From Shigella phage SP21535, in the sequence record PQ615101: DNA of 64,000 bases; one strand, written 5' to 3'. Below are positions 48,571-59,381 of the stretch, in pieces. Each line of letters begins with the position of its first letter. Positions within the stretch are counted from its first letter, which is position 1. The position numbers and the translations under genes were made by a program. The notes under the pieces are model-generated. The model did no database searches and was not told the origin of the DNA. It was given only the letters and a program-made list of their open reading frames with translations.

Positions 48571-51500
48571 ACATAAGTTTAGATTCAAGTTCTTTTACAC
48601 GAGAAGAAAGTGTTTTCACAGCTTCAACCAGAAGAGCAATCTGGGCTTGAGAAGAAACAGTGAGTATTTTATTACCCTTGCTATCTTCTGTTTCACGGAC
48701 GGCTTCTGGTAAAACGTCTTGCAACGTTTGAGCCACAATACCTGCTTCAGTTTCAATTGCCTCTCCACCGATGTATTCAGCTTTATCGTAAATGACACCG
48801 TTAAGTTTTTCAACTTTATCAAGTGCATTTTCGATAGGTTTAAAGTTGGATTTTAAACGAATATCAGAACGAATATAAACGTTTGGAGCATTTATATTTT
48901 TATATGAGTACAAATCACCGTTTTGGAAACGGAATACTTGTACACTGTTCGCATATATGTCTAATAATCCATCGCCATTTTGCTTAATACCAGTATCGCT
49001 ATCGCCAAATGCTATACTATTTCCACCAAGTGCGTTATTGATATTAATACCAAATGAATTCATTTGGTTAACACCAGCTACAGTAGCATTATTTACTACA
49101 AAACGGTTAGCTCCACCTGGAGCTTTTTCAAAGTAAGCAATATAGTTAGTTTCATCGGCAATTTCAATACGGTTACCACGAGAAGCATCGCCAGCATGAA
49201 ATATTCTCATATTTCTTGGGTTAGCACCAGACTTATCAAAGTTAATAGAACCATTATCTTTGACATTTATGCTATTATAGAATAAAGCAGCACTGCGAAC
49301 AGCTATGCCGTTATTCATTAATACTTCGCCTGTTGTTAAGTTAATTGCGAAAGGACGCTTACTATTCCAATCACCGTTAACAGTTGCTTCGCCATCGGTG
49401 GCATTTTTATCTGTAAACAGAATATAAAAACTACTGCCATCATTTCGTAGCATTGTAGCAACAGAACCAGTTTTATCGCTGTTGCTTCTAATACGAATAC
49501 CAGTTTGGTTATTAATAGCTATTTCAGAATCGGCTTCATAACGCTTAACTTTGCCGCGATCAACCAAGTTATTAAGAACATTAGCAACTTGCCCATCAAC
49601 TGCTGTATCTGGAAGAGCATCCACAGGTGATTGGGTAGATGAGTTAATACCAATAACGCTAACAGTAGCATTTTCGGTACATGACCATTCACAAGTTAAT
49701 TGATTGCAATATGTTCCGGCATAAACATAAATGTCATATGTATCTCCAGAGACGTTATTAACTGCAATATTTTTAAATGCAGCTGCAATTGTTCTTGTGT
49801 ATAATACAGCATTTAAGTCAGCAGGTCTTTCATTACTAGTACGTAAAACAATTTCAGCAATATTGCATTGTGTGAATAATCCACTATTAAATCCAGAACC
49901 ACCGGCTATTTTAAAGAAGACCGTAGAAGTGGATTGTGGCATTGTTACTGTTGCAAACTTATACCATCCAGCAGTTGCTCCATAAGTAATAAATCCAGAA
50001 TTAACTTTACGATTTAGCGTGGTGTTTAAGTTAGCAAAGTTTCCTGAACCGCTAGTAATATTACCGTCAGTTCCTAGTTGGGCATTTCCGACTTTAAAGG
50101 GTTTAGTGATTGACACGAAATTATCACTTATAACAAGACCATGTCCATAAGATTGGCTATAAAGTGATAAATCATTTCCAGCACCACCAAGACCAACATA
50201 CCACGATCTAGTTCCAGCTTTAGAACCCTGCAAATAATTAGCAGAAGAAGATGAAGGAGAATCTAGAGTAAGCGCTGCATTACGTTCATTAATAGTTACT
50301 GGACATATCATTTTAATAGTTTTAAGACTATTACTTACTTGTAATAATCCTGTACCAGATCCAGAATCTCCTAAATGAACATCATGCGACATTTTAACTG
50401 TGCCGGTGTTCAGTTCTATTATCAATGGTCTAAGATTACTTATACCGCCAGATTCTCCAGCATCTTTAAGAGTCGGGATAATATAAAGATTACTTTCTGA
50501 GCGACGGAAAATAGCACCATATTCGGCATTCCAAATTCTTAATGCATCAGCAGTTCCGCCGATTTTAACTTGTCCAGTAATAGAAGAACCACCTTGGACA
50601 AACAAACCATTAGACATGGTAACATTACCGACTAAAGTGCTTAATCCATTAACTTTAAAACTTCCGTCAGTAATAATACTTCCTCTAGCATTAACAGCTC
50701 CAGCAAACTGGGTTACAACAGGACCAGTAGTTTCTGAGCCGCTTGGGGCTACACGCTGGGAATAAAAATAATAACCTTGTCCGTCAGCTACTTCAAAAAC
50801 TGTTTCACGATTACGATCGCCAGATGCGTTAAATGAATTACCCCACGCTTTAACGGTTACATAGCTTTTATTTTGACCAGCACGCTTACCGCCTTCCCAC
50901 ATGATTTGCTTAGTACCATCAATTGTAGTAGTTGGAGCGAATGTCAGCCCAGCAGTAGAATTATTAGCTGCTAAATATATGCCGTTATATATTGAAAGCT
51001 GCTTAACAGATGTAATACCGCCATCAGCATAAAACATTACATTATTTGCACCGGTTACTAGTTTAAGAATACCCGGGTTAACTTCCATGCCTTCTTGAGT
51101 ATTAATATTAGTTTTTCCTTTACCACGGAAATAGTGGTTCATTTTACCGCCAGAGTTATATCCAATGTGGGTTTGACCATCTCCAGCAGAGTTTTCATCA
51201 GCCTGTGTTTGAACTGATAAAAATGCAGCATTCGTACCTGGCATAATCCAAGTTGCACCTTGGTCTTCTGAACGTCCAAATAATGCTTTACGAGTACTAC
51301 GGAAACTGTCAGGAGTAATAGACGCGATAGAAAGACCATTAGCAACTAAATCATATACACCAGATCTTTTATATGATATACCAGTTGCGGCATCTCCAAT
51401 GACTATATAGCATTCACCCATTGCTCCAGTGGAGCCGTAATTATTAATGTTTTCATCTGTTGTAATTGTACCAATTGCGAGTGAGCGTCGCAATACTAAA

Positions 51501-52351
51501 GACCCATCATTGCGAAGGCCCATTTGTTTATTAACGGCTGTATTACCGGTCCACCAAGACAGTTCATCACTTTTTCCGGTTTGTGCAGAAGCTAATTCAT
51601 GATAAATCGTACCACCAGATTTTGCACGGAATTTACGAAGGTAATTAATTCCGTTTGTTTCACCAGTTCCAGGATAAACATATTGAACTAATGACTGCGA
51701 ATCGTATTGTCCAAACGCTTTCGTATCAAATGAAATATTTTTAGTTACAACAGATGGACCAATCAAAGAACCTGTTCTTGTTTCAATATTACTCTGAGCG
51801 ACTAAATATCCACCAGATACTAATAAATTACCAGAATCAACTTGAAAATTACCTGAGCGCGCAAATGTCCAATATTTAGATTGACCAGTTTCATCAATAT
51901 AATGAATCTTTAACGAACCTTCAGAAACTAAAGTACCTAATGAAAAAGTTCCATCTTTAAAGCGCTGTTTAATTATAGGATTATATTCAGATGTGGAAGT
52001 AGCTGAGCTTAAATCTACAAAAATTGGAGCTTTTGCAGTGTGTTGACCGGACCAAGCCCCACTTCCAGTAGTACGATAATTAAACTCAATATATCCACCA
52101 CTTGCTATAATCTGCGGGCCAATTAAATTAAATTTTCCAGTCTGTGTATAATCACCAGTTTGAGTGATATTTCCATTGATATTACCGCCAGCGGAAATGC
52201 TTAAGTCAATGATATTTCCTGAATCATCTTTAGTAAAAATTGTTCTATCTTTTAAGTTTATAGCCAATTCACCTTCGGCTAATACTGAAGCAGCAGGACG
52301 TGCACCTGCGGTTTTGCTTCTTTTAAATTGTATTTGTTTTAAAGTAGCCAT
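48569..52351 (-). CDS. 37: long tail fibre distal subunit gp37
   Basis: 1260 aa; N-terminal MATLKQIQFKRSKTAGARPA...; C-terminal chaperone-type motif ...VKELESKLM. Confidence 0.85.
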   Translation of the reverse strand: MATLKQIQFKRSKTAGARPAASVLAEGELAINLKDRTIFTKDDSGNIIDLSISAGGNINGNITQTGDYTQTGKFNLIGPQIIASGGYIEFNYRTTGSGAWSGQHTAKAPIFVDLSSATSTSEYNPIIKQRFKDGTFSLGTLVSEGSLKIHYIDETGQSKYWTFARSGNFQVDSGNLLVSGGYLVAQSNIETRTGSLIGPSVVTKNISFDTKAFGQYDSQSLVQYVYPGTGETNGINYLRKFRAKSGGTIYHELASAQTGKSDELSWWTGNTAVNKQMGLRNDGSLVLRRSLAIGTITTDENINNYGSTGAMGECYIVIGDAATGISYKRSGVYDLVANGLSIASITPDSFRSTRKALFGRSEDQGATWIMPGTNAAFLSVQTQADENSAGDGQTHIGYNSGGKMNHYFRGKGKTNINTQEGMEVNPGILKLVTGANNVMFYADGGITSVKQLSIYNGIYLAANNSTAGLTFAPTTTIDGTKQIMWEGGKRAGQNKSYVTVKAWGNSFNASGDRNRETVFEVADGQGYYFYSQRVAPSGSETTGPVVTQFAGAVNARGSIITDGSFKVNGLSTLVGNVTMSNGLFVQGGSSITGQVKIGGTADALRIWNAEYGAIFRRSESNLYIIPTLKDAGESGGISNLRPLIIELNTGTVKMSHDVHLGDSGSGTGLLQVSNSLKTIKMICPVTINERNAALTLDSPSSSSANYLQGSKAGTRSWYVGLGGAGNDLSLYSQSYGHGLVISDNFVSITKPFKVGNAQLGTDGNITSGSGNFANLNTTLNRKVNSGFITYGATAGWYKFATVTMPQSTSTVFFKIAGGSGFNSGLFTQCNIAEIVLRTSNERPADLNAVLYTRTIAAAFKNIAVNNVSGDTYDIYVYAGTYCNQLTCEWSCTENATVSVIGINSSTQSPVDALPDTAVDGQVANVLNNLVDRGKVKRYEADSEIAINNQTGIRIRSNSDKTGSVATMLRNDGSSFYILFTDKNATDGEATVNGDWNSKRPFAINLTTGEVLMNNGIAVRSAALFYNSINVKDNGSINFDKSGANPRNMRIFHAGDASRGNRIEIADETNYIAYFEKAPGGANRFVVNNATVAGVNQMNSFGININNALGGNSIAFGDSDTGIKQNGDGLLDIYANSVQVFRFQNGDLYSYKNINAPNVYIRSDIRLKSNFKPIENALDKVEKLNGVIYDKAEYIGGEAIETEAGIVAQTLQDVLPEAVRETEDSKGNKILTVSSQAQIALLVEAVKTLSSRVKELESKLM

Positions 52352-52359
52352 AAGTCCTC

Positions 52360-53025
52360 TTAATAATAGCCGAAATCTTGAACAGAATCCTTAATTACGA
52401 TTTGGTCAAATCGTGGAACATGTGAAGGTTGAGATGCAGGATTCTGTGAGAAAAAGTTTGGTGCGGTTAAGTTTCCAATCATAGTATCACCAGATCGTAA
52501 CACTCTAGAGTTCGCATTTGCCGTAACAGTATTTATTGCTCCGTCAACATAGTCCTTTCTAGTAAGGTCATTCGCTGCTATAGGAGCAGCTGCATCACTT
52601 CTTACTTGACCCGCAGCTGATACAACACCTTTTGTGCTAATATCACCATTACGTGCATTAATTACAACAGTTCGGGCTGCTGAACCCTGTGATGATTTAA
52701 AACCAATACCATTCCACGAAACAATATCGATATTTGCTACAGCAAAAGTAGCATTATCACCGTTACCTGGATAAATACCGCACGGGTTTGTATTGTTTAC
52801 AGCATATGGTACTTGAACACCAGCATTAAATGTTACCTTTGATGCATAAGTACCACCATTAGCTTTAGAAACGAAATCGTTATCAGCAGCTTGTGGTTTA
52901 TTATATTCTGAATATATTTTAAATGATTTATAGAGTACATCGTCACCGGCTGGATTCAATGGAAAATTTCCTTGATGCCAAATGACAGAGCCTCCAGTTG
53001 TTGAACCTACTTTTAAATCAGCCAT
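52360..53025 (-). CDS. 36: tail fibre hinge connector gp36
   Basis: 221 aa; MADLKVGSTTGG... Confidence 0.8.
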   Translation of the reverse strand: MADLKVGSTTGGSVIWHQGNFPLNPAGDDVLYKSFKIYSEYNKPQAADNDFVSKANGGTYASKVTFNAGVQVPYAVNNTNPCGIYPGNGDNATFAVANIDIVSWNGIGFKSSQGSAARTVVINARNGDISTKGVVSAAGQVRSDAAAPIAANDLTRKDYVDGAINTVTANANSRVLRSGDTMIGNLTAPNFFSQNPASQPSHVPRFDQIVIKDSVQDFGYY

Positions 53026-53048
53026 TGTATGCCCCTTTATTTTAATAG

Positions 53049-53056
53049 TATTTATA
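53049..53056 (-). promoter_or_regulatory. late promoter (TATAAATA) for genes 36-37
   Basis: Exact TATAAATA on minus strand between gene 35 terminator and gene 36 start. Confidence 0.7.
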
Positions 53057-53058
53057 AA

Positions 53059-53082
53059 GAAAAAGGGAACCCGAAGGCTCCC
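53059..53082 (-). terminator. intrinsic terminator after gene 35
   Basis: minus-strand GGGAGCC-TTCG-GGTTCCC followed by TTTTT. Confidence 0.65.
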
Positions 53083-53087
53083 TCAAT

Positions 53088-54203
53088 TTATACTTCTCTA
53101 AATTCTTGCCCAAACACTTTACCAGTTTTAGACGATGCTTGCGTAGGAAGTACCATTATATCCGGAGGTGAAGCAGATTCACAGATATAATTAACACGAA
53201 TACCATTGACGCCAAATTCAGCAGGTTTCGAAATACCTCCATTTCTTGACACCTCAGAAAAGCTTAAATTTCTCATGCCACCTTGACCGGCTTGTGCAGT
53301 TCTTTGTGCGTATATCGTAAATCCCACAGCGTTTTCTGGAACAACTACATAATCTTCCTTTAATTCCCAAGACCCAGCTTGTCCGGTAAACTCAGCTTGT
53401 GTTGAAGAAATATATCCATTTGATGCATTATAAAAACGGATAGATATATTTGTAGTTCCAAGCGCAAGTAAATCTGCATCGGCATATAACTGAGCTTTAA
53501 GATAAAGAACATCGCCAGGAATTAAATTATAGTCAGATAATTTACTTATAGCAGCTGAAGTTGGCAATCGCGCAATTTCGTTATTAGTTCCACCAACCGC
53601 TGACATAAATTGCTCAACGCTTTCATATGTTCTTCTTGGAAAGCCGGTAGCTCCAACGTCTTCTAAACTGTCAAATACAACATCTAAAATAGTTTGATAA
53701 TCATCTGTGCTTTTTCTATTACTTAATTTAACATGCTCTAATGCAATAGCTCTTTTAGAAGAAGTGTAAAAAGCAGCATATGATACGTCGAATCTTGACA
53801 ATATAGAATCAGATGGAAAAGCAGACGTTCCTGCGGTTCTTAACCAAGACACCACTTCAGGAGGAAAATTAACCTTTCCACTAGTTAATATAGCAACAAT
53901 TCGATTATTCGTCAAAGAATTCATGAAACTAACAAAAGCAGCTGATGTAGTATCATTTGAAGTCGAAAAAGCATATGACTTACTATCAACTAATGCTCCT
54001 GTAGAAGGGTCAAAAACTCTTAAATGAAGACCTGCATTAAATGTTTGATTTCCGACAGGATTATCCTGAAATTTAACGTATGGTCCTGATGTAGAAAGCG
54101 GGCAAGAACCCGCTATACTTATTTTGTATCTTACTGAATTACTTTCCGATAAAAATGGCGTTTGGACGTATCCTTGTCCAAACTCTGCCATAAATTTTTC
54201 CAT
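53088..54203 (-). CDS. 35: tail fibre hinge protein gp35
   Basis: 371 aa between 34 and 36. Confidence 0.8.
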   Translation of the reverse strand: MEKFMAEFGQGYVQTPFLSESNSVRYKISIAGSCPLSTSGPYVKFQDNPVGNQTFNAGLHLRVFDPSTGALVDSKSYAFSTSNDTTSAAFVSFMNSLTNNRIVAILTSGKVNFPPEVVSWLRTAGTSAFPSDSILSRFDVSYAAFYTSSKRAIALEHVKLSNRKSTDDYQTILDVVFDSLEDVGATGFPRRTYESVEQFMSAVGGTNNEIARLPTSAAISKLSDYNLIPGDVLYLKAQLYADADLLALGTTNISIRFYNASNGYISSTQAEFTGQAGSWELKEDYVVVPENAVGFTIYAQRTAQAGQGGMRNLSFSEVSRNGGISKPAEFGVNGIRVNYICESASPPDIMVLPTQASSKTGKVFGQEFREV

Positions 54204-54211
54204 AATACCTC

Positions 54212-57200
54212 TTATTCAACCCATTCAAATTTAACCGTTTTATTCACTGGGTCAGGAATAATGCGAACATTACCAATTCGTAAGAAATCACGAATAGTAA
54301 GATTCCCCATTGTAGCATTATCAGATGGTAAAGCACCAATATCAGATGGTTGAGGAGGGTTACCTCCGTCAAATACCTGAACAAAACTTGACCAGGAGTT
54401 TTTGGTTTTCTGCCATGTACGCGTCCAGCGAGTGGTACGCGCTTCTGGAGTCGTTGGATAAGTAATCCAATCTTGGTAAAGCGAATCAAGTGTGTTACCA
54501 AACTGAGTCAATGTACCAGGAGATTTAACCTCTTCTCCGCGTTCTAAGTATGGAAGTCCAGTCACTTCATTAGTTTTTTCAACCATTTTAAAATAACCTG
54601 GGAACTGGTTATAAGTAGCTGAATCATTAATGTCAATTGACCAGAATCCTACAGTATCAGATGTTGGCGCACGGGTGTATAGGTCAGATGTTTTAGTACC
54701 TTGAGAACGAATTCTCGAGTTAACTGTTAAACCACCTGAATTTATAGTAGCACCTTTGGCAATGATTAATCTTTCACCAATCGTTACTTGACCAGATGCA
54801 TTATTAATAGCTAAAGGACGTAATCCATTAAATCCGCCAGTCTGATCACCCGATGCAGTGAGCATAAAATATGTGCTTCCGCCATCATTCCTGATAAAGA
54901 ATCCATAATTACCATTTATTGCTCTAAAGGCATTTGCTGATTTACTGGTGAATTCGCCATTAGCAGTAACTGAACGACCGAATGTTGCAGTGCCATTCAC
55001 ATTCATCAAACCGGAAGCATTAACATTTATTGGCATTACAGTACCGTTAATGCTAAACGTTATATTCCCAGCTTTATTGCGTTGAGAATAAAAGTGATTA
55101 GACGTTTCATCACCAACTTCAAATACAGTAGAACGTGTTGTATCTGAACCGCCACCAAACTGATTTCCCCAAACTCTGATATTCATCGTCTGTGCTGGGT
55201 TAGTTCCAGTCTGAGGTCCTTTTTCAAAAATCAGACGAGTTGCTGTTCCAGCGTTAGAAATAGTTAATGTACTATTTGCCGAAACTGATCCACCAAACGT
55301 AGCAGTACTAGATGATACAAGAGGGGCACTCAGATTCGTTTGTTGGGTTAAGGTTAGTGAACCATTAACCGTCTGTGCAATATCCCTACGAATGAACTGA
55401 GATGAATCTAGACCATCCAATAAATTTGTATCAGCAGCTTTTGCTTTTAACGGCAAATAATTTGCTAATACACGGTTTAATTCATATGGTGATACCGCAT
55501 AGCTATTTTTCTCATATGATTCTAACGGTTGTGTTGAACCTACCGTATCATTACCAACGAATGTAATTGAACCAGATGAAGTTTTAACAAAACCTCTTAT
55601 CGCAGTAGTAGCCGCCCAGGTAGGTTCACTCTGCACAATCCATTTTAAATTTTTTGGAGATACAGCAGTATTTGCTGACGTTCCAGCCACAGTTTCAGAC
55701 CGAGTCGCAACTTTAATAACACCTTCCTGTGCTTCAGTAGATTTAGTACCTAAAAGCTTTTTAGGAGTTATTAAAACATTATCTAATTTTCCTGCAGCAG
55801 CTTCAACCTGTGTAGCTACACGAAGTGTACCACGCTGTGTCTCATTTGCTTCAAGAATATTAAGGGTATAATGGTCCCAGAGAGTTCCTGATTCAACTAA
55901 TCCAGATAGAGCAACAACAGAAGTACGATCAGTACTATTAAATCTAGTTTTAATTTTTAATGGTGTAGAGATACGAGTATCGTCGACGCCTGCGTCGAAT
56001 TCAACTTGTGTAGCAATTTCAGCTATACCACTTAAACTTTCAGTTGCTTTACGATCATTTAAAGTTTTAGGAGTGACTGCACGAGTATAATCAGTTCCTG
56101 TATTAACTTCACTTTGCGTAGCAATTTCAATTAAACCAATTCTTCCATCAGTTGATGTCTTTTTATGTAACGTTTCTGGCGTTACAACCGCATTTGCCCA
56201 TCCTTCTTGACTTTTTCCAGCAATTACTTCACTTTCAACTGCTAAAATTACTGCACCTTGTTGTGTTGGAGTAGCTTTATACTGATCCAAAGCTTTAGGC
56301 GAAACAACTAAATTATTAGTGTTTTTATTGTAAACATTTGTACCGTTTAATTCACGACTAGAAGCTGGAGTAGCTCCTGTAGTAGATACAAAAGTTACAA
56401 TACCAGATAATGACTCAGAACCTTGTCGAGCTTGAAGCTTTTTAGGAGTGATGATTGTAGTATCATCAGTACCTGCATTAGTTTCCTGTTGCGTAGCAAT
56501 TTCAGCAACACCTCTGCGAGTTTCTGTAGCAGTTCTTTCATTCAGCTTTTTAGGAGTAATGATAATATCATCAGCAAAAGAGAATGTAGTGTTCTGGTTC
56601 ACTTGAGCAGTAGTTGCTATTCTTGCGATACCTCTGCGAGTTTCTGTAGCAGTACGGTTAGCTAATGTTTCTGGTGTAATTGCTAATTCTTTTTGCGGAG
56701 AATTTTCTAAATCGACGTTAGCTTGAGCTTGTGTAGCTAAAGCAATTACGCCTAATCTTGCTCTAGTAGAATCATTTAAAGAATCTACTCTTTCTACAGT
56801 TGGAACGTTTTGCTGTACAACCCAGTATTTTCCATCAGAATCTTCTATATAAGCAAGTTGTAAAACTGGAACATAATTAGTTTCACCGTTAAAAACTAAT
56901 TCTTGAACAGTTACCCATTTAGTTTCAGGTGGATATTCTGAACGTTTTGGGAATTGCAGCAATTGAACTGAAGAAGCAATTTTATCTTCACCGGCAGCTT
57001 TGATTTTAACTGTTTGTCCTTTTCTCATGTAATTCATGGAAATTTTAACAGTATCACCAACAGAGATATCAGTAGGAAGCTGAAGCTCAATTGTTTGGGT
57101 TGTTCCATTATTCGCACCAAATACCATAACTTCTTCATTTGGACGAATGTTTGAATTAGTTGTTATGATACGTAAACGTGCTTTACTATCCCCGTCAAAT

Positions 57201-58081
57201 AATCTCCATAATTTCTCATTATCATCAAACATCAAGAAACCGTCAATCGTTGTACGGCCTTCAATGGAATGAGTTCCGACTTCTTGTATTGAAGTCGTTT
57301 CATCGTATGTAGTAACAATTGTATGATAAAGCGGATTTAGTTTATCTAAATCGACGAAATTAATAATATCGCCATGATTAGCAAATCTTGGAAGTTTAAC
57401 ATTAATTGGTGCAGCAGAAGTAAATCTACGCACGATAAAATCGTTGGATTGCGCTTGATAAGTATTCGCTGGTGTTACAACTACAGCTTCTCTACTATAA
57501 TCAGCAACATACATTTGCCACAGACGATTACTAAAAATTAAAACTATCTGCGATTTTGGATGAGTCATTAGTACTGAACGTACCTGTTCACCTCTAAAGT
57601 TTACAATACTTTGCACTGGAGCTACAATTAAAACTTGGTTAACTCCAGGTTTTCCTCCAATATCTTGGAGAACGATAGTATCACCATCAATTGGAGAAGA
57701 CGGTAAAGTAAACGTAATGTCATTTCCAGCTGCAGTGTTAACCGAAATTGCTTCACCCGATTTTAATTGATATGAACCAGATGAAACCGTAATCCAGTTA
57801 GCATCAGTACGTAATGCTCTCCAGCGTCCGCTATTAAAAGCTCCTGCTGGTTTTGGAATATCATTTATAGCAGCCCAAAAGCGGTTATCATAAATGATTA
57901 CAAAATCTTTTAAATATCCACGAGTTGGATCATATTGTTGAACTGTGTTTTCTTGAATTAAGTAATCAACGTTAACACCGTCAGTTCCTACGGTACGATC
58001 AGCTAAAGCTACGTTGATTATTTTATCGCCACCTGCGTCCAGACCATCTTCTGCTCTGAACTTTCTTTTAATCTCGGCCAT
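54212..58081 (-). CDS. 34: long tail fibre proximal subunit gp34
   Basis: 1289 aa; MAEIKRKFRAEDGLDAGGDKIINVALADRT...; internal repeated TPKxL / ATExxxG modules. Confidence 0.9.
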   Translation of the reverse strand: MAEIKRKFRAEDGLDAGGDKIINVALADRTVGTDGVNVDYLIQENTVQQYDPTRGYLKDFVIIYDNRFWAAINDIPKPAGAFNSGRWRALRTDANWITVSSGSYQLKSGEAISVNTAAGNDITFTLPSSPIDGDTIVLQDIGGKPGVNQVLIVAPVQSIVNFRGEQVRSVLMTHPKSQIVLIFSNRLWQMYVADYSREAVVVTPANTYQAQSNDFIVRRFTSAAPINVKLPRFANHGDIINFVDLDKLNPLYHTIVTTYDETTSIQEVGTHSIEGRTTIDGFLMFDDNEKLWRLFDGDSKARLRIITTNSNIRPNEEVMVFGANNGTTQTIELQLPTDISVGDTVKISMNYMRKGQTVKIKAAGEDKIASSVQLLQFPKRSEYPPETKWVTVQELVFNGETNYVPVLQLAYIEDSDGKYWVVQQNVPTVERVDSLNDSTRARLGVIALATQAQANVDLENSPQKELAITPETLANRTATETRRGIARIATTAQVNQNTTFSFADDIIITPKKLNERTATETRRGVAEIATQQETNAGTDDTTIITPKKLQARQGSESLSGIVTFVSTTGATPASSRELNGTNVYNKNTNNLVVSPKALDQYKATPTQQGAVILAVESEVIAGKSQEGWANAVVTPETLHKKTSTDGRIGLIEIATQSEVNTGTDYTRAVTPKTLNDRKATESLSGIAEIATQVEFDAGVDDTRISTPLKIKTRFNSTDRTSVVALSGLVESGTLWDHYTLNILEANETQRGTLRVATQVEAAAGKLDNVLITPKKLLGTKSTEAQEGVIKVATRSETVAGTSANTAVSPKNLKWIVQSEPTWAATTAIRGFVKTSSGSITFVGNDTVGSTQPLESYEKNSYAVSPYELNRVLANYLPLKAKAADTNLLDGLDSSQFIRRDIAQTVNGSLTLTQQTNLSAPLVSSSTATFGGSVSANSTLTISNAGTATRLIFEKGPQTGTNPAQTMNIRVWGNQFGGGSDTTRSTVFEVGDETSNHFYSQRNKAGNITFSINGTVMPINVNASGLMNVNGTATFGRSVTANGEFTSKSANAFRAINGNYGFFIRNDGGSTYFMLTASGDQTGGFNGLRPLAINNASGQVTIGERLIIAKGATINSGGLTVNSRIRSQGTKTSDLYTRAPTSDTVGFWSIDINDSATYNQFPGYFKMVEKTNEVTGLPYLERGEEVKSPGTLTQFGNTLDSLYQDWITYPTTPEARTTRWTRTWQKTKNSWSSFVQVFDGGNPPQPSDIGALPSDNATMGNLTIRDFLRIGNVRIIPDPVNKTVKFEWVE

Positions 58082-58115
58082 TCTCCCGGGCTCCTATTGT
58101 GTTTTCAATAATAAG

Positions 58116-58123
58116 TATTTATA
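58116..58123 (-). promoter_or_regulatory. late promoter (TATAAATA) for gene 34
   Basis: Exact TATAAATA on minus strand about 35 nt upstream of gene 34 ATG. Confidence 0.7.
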
Positions 58124-58126
58124 CTT

Positions 58127-58156
58127 GTTTACTTTAAGATTTGGATAGTATATAAT
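58127..58156 (+). promoter_or_regulatory. T4-type early promoter for rnh, divergent from the gene 34 late promoter
   Basis: GTTTAC, 18-bp spacer, TATAAT. Confidence 0.65.
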
Positions 58157-58185
58157 AGAAATCTCACTAATTGAACGAGGTTCAT

Positions 58186-59103
58186 ATGGATTTAGAAATG
58201 ATGTTGGATGAAGATTACAAAGAAGGAATCTGCTTAATTGACTTTAGTCAAATTGCGCTTTCAACTGCTCTGGTAAACTTCCCAGATAAAGAAAAAATTA
58301 ATTTATCAATGGTTCGTCATTTGATATTGAACTCAATTAAGTTTAATGTCAAAAAAGCAAAAACTCTTGGATACACTAAAATTGTATTGTGTATTGATAA
58401 CGCGAAATCTGGATATTGGCGTCGTGATTTTGCTTACTATTACAAGAAAAACCGTGGAAAAGCACGAGAAGAATCTACTTGGGACTGGGAAGGTTATTTT
58501 GAATCCAGTCATAAAGTTATAGATGAATTGAAAACTTATATGCCATACATCGTTATGGATATTGATAAGTATGAAGCAGATGACCATATTGCTGTTCTTG
58601 TTAAAAAGTTCTCTTTAGAAGGACATAAGATTTTAATCATTTCGTCGGATGGTGACTTTACTCAACTTCACAAATACCCAAATGTTAAGCAATGGTCACC
58701 GATGCATAAGAAATGGGTTAAAATTAAAAGCGGTTCTGCTGAAATTGACTGTATGACTAAAATCCTTAAAGGTGACAAAAAGGATAACGTTGCTTCAGTT
58801 AAAGTACGATCTGACTTTTGGTTTACCAGAGTTGAAGGTGAACGAACTCCTTCAATGAAAACCTCTATTGTTGAAGCTATTGCTAATGACCGTGAGCAAG
58901 CTAAGGTGCTTCTTACCGAATCTGAATATAATCGATACAAAGAAAATTTAGTTCTAATTGATTTTGATTATATTCCTGATAATATTGCTTCAAACATTGT
59001 GAATTACTATAATTCATATAAATTACCACCGCGTGGCAAAATTTATTCATATTTTGTAAAAGCGGGTCTTTCTAAATTAACTAATAGCATTAATGAATTT
59101 TGA
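58186..59103 (+). CDS. rnh: RNase H / 5'-3' exonuclease (FEN family)
   Basis: MDLEMMLDEDYKEGICLIDFSQIAL... recognised as T4 RNase H; RBS GAGG. Confidence 0.85.
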   Translation: MDLEMMLDEDYKEGICLIDFSQIALSTALVNFPDKEKINLSMVRHLILNSIKFNVKKAKTLGYTKIVLCIDNAKSGYWRRDFAYYYKKNRGKAREESTWDWEGYFESSHKVIDELKTYMPYIVMDIDKYEADDHIAVLVKKFSLEGHKILIISSDGDFTQLHKYPNVKQWSPMHKKWVKIKSGSAEIDCMTKILKGDKKDNVASVKVRSDFWFTRVEGERTPSMKTSIVEAIANDREQAKVLLTESEYNRYKENLVLIDFDYIPDNIASNIVNYYNSYKLPPRGKIYSYFVKAGLSKLTNSINEF

Positions 59104-59111
59104 GGTGAATA

Positions 59112-59381
59112 ATGGCTAAAAAAGAAATGGTTGAATTTGATGAAGCTATCCATGGCGAAGACTTGGCTAAATTTATTAAAGAAGCATCTGATCATAAACT
59201 GAAAATTTCCGGTTATAATGAACTGATTAAAGATATTCGAATTCGTGCTAAAGATGAACTTGGCGTTGATGGTAAGATGTTTAATCGTCTATTAGCTTTG
59301 TATCATAAAGATAACCGTGATGTGTTTGAAGCTGAAACTGAAGAGGTAGTTGAACTTTATGACACAGTTTTCTCTAAATGA
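59112..59381 (+). CDS. dsbA: dsDNA-binding protein DsbA (late transcription enhancer)
   Basis: 89-aa ORF between rnh and 33. Confidence 0.65.
   Translation: MAKKEMVEFDEAIHGEDLAKFIKEASDHKLKISGYNELIKDIRIRAKDELGVDGKMFNRLLALYHKDNRDVFEAETEEVVELYDTVFSK

Noticed and set aside
48616-51345. Short ORFs on either strand within gene 37 (48616-48828, 49064-49285, 49731-49985, 51139-51345)
   Set aside because: Fully contained in the long tail fibre gene, alternative frame or antisense, no translation signals.
54244-54501. Minus-strand ORF overlapping the 3' end of gene 34
   Set aside because: Alternative frame of gene 34; no independent start signals.
56423-56665. Possible CRISPR-like repeat array
   Set aside because: The direct repeats are in-frame coding repeats of the gp34 shaft; spacing is irregular and there are no cas genes.
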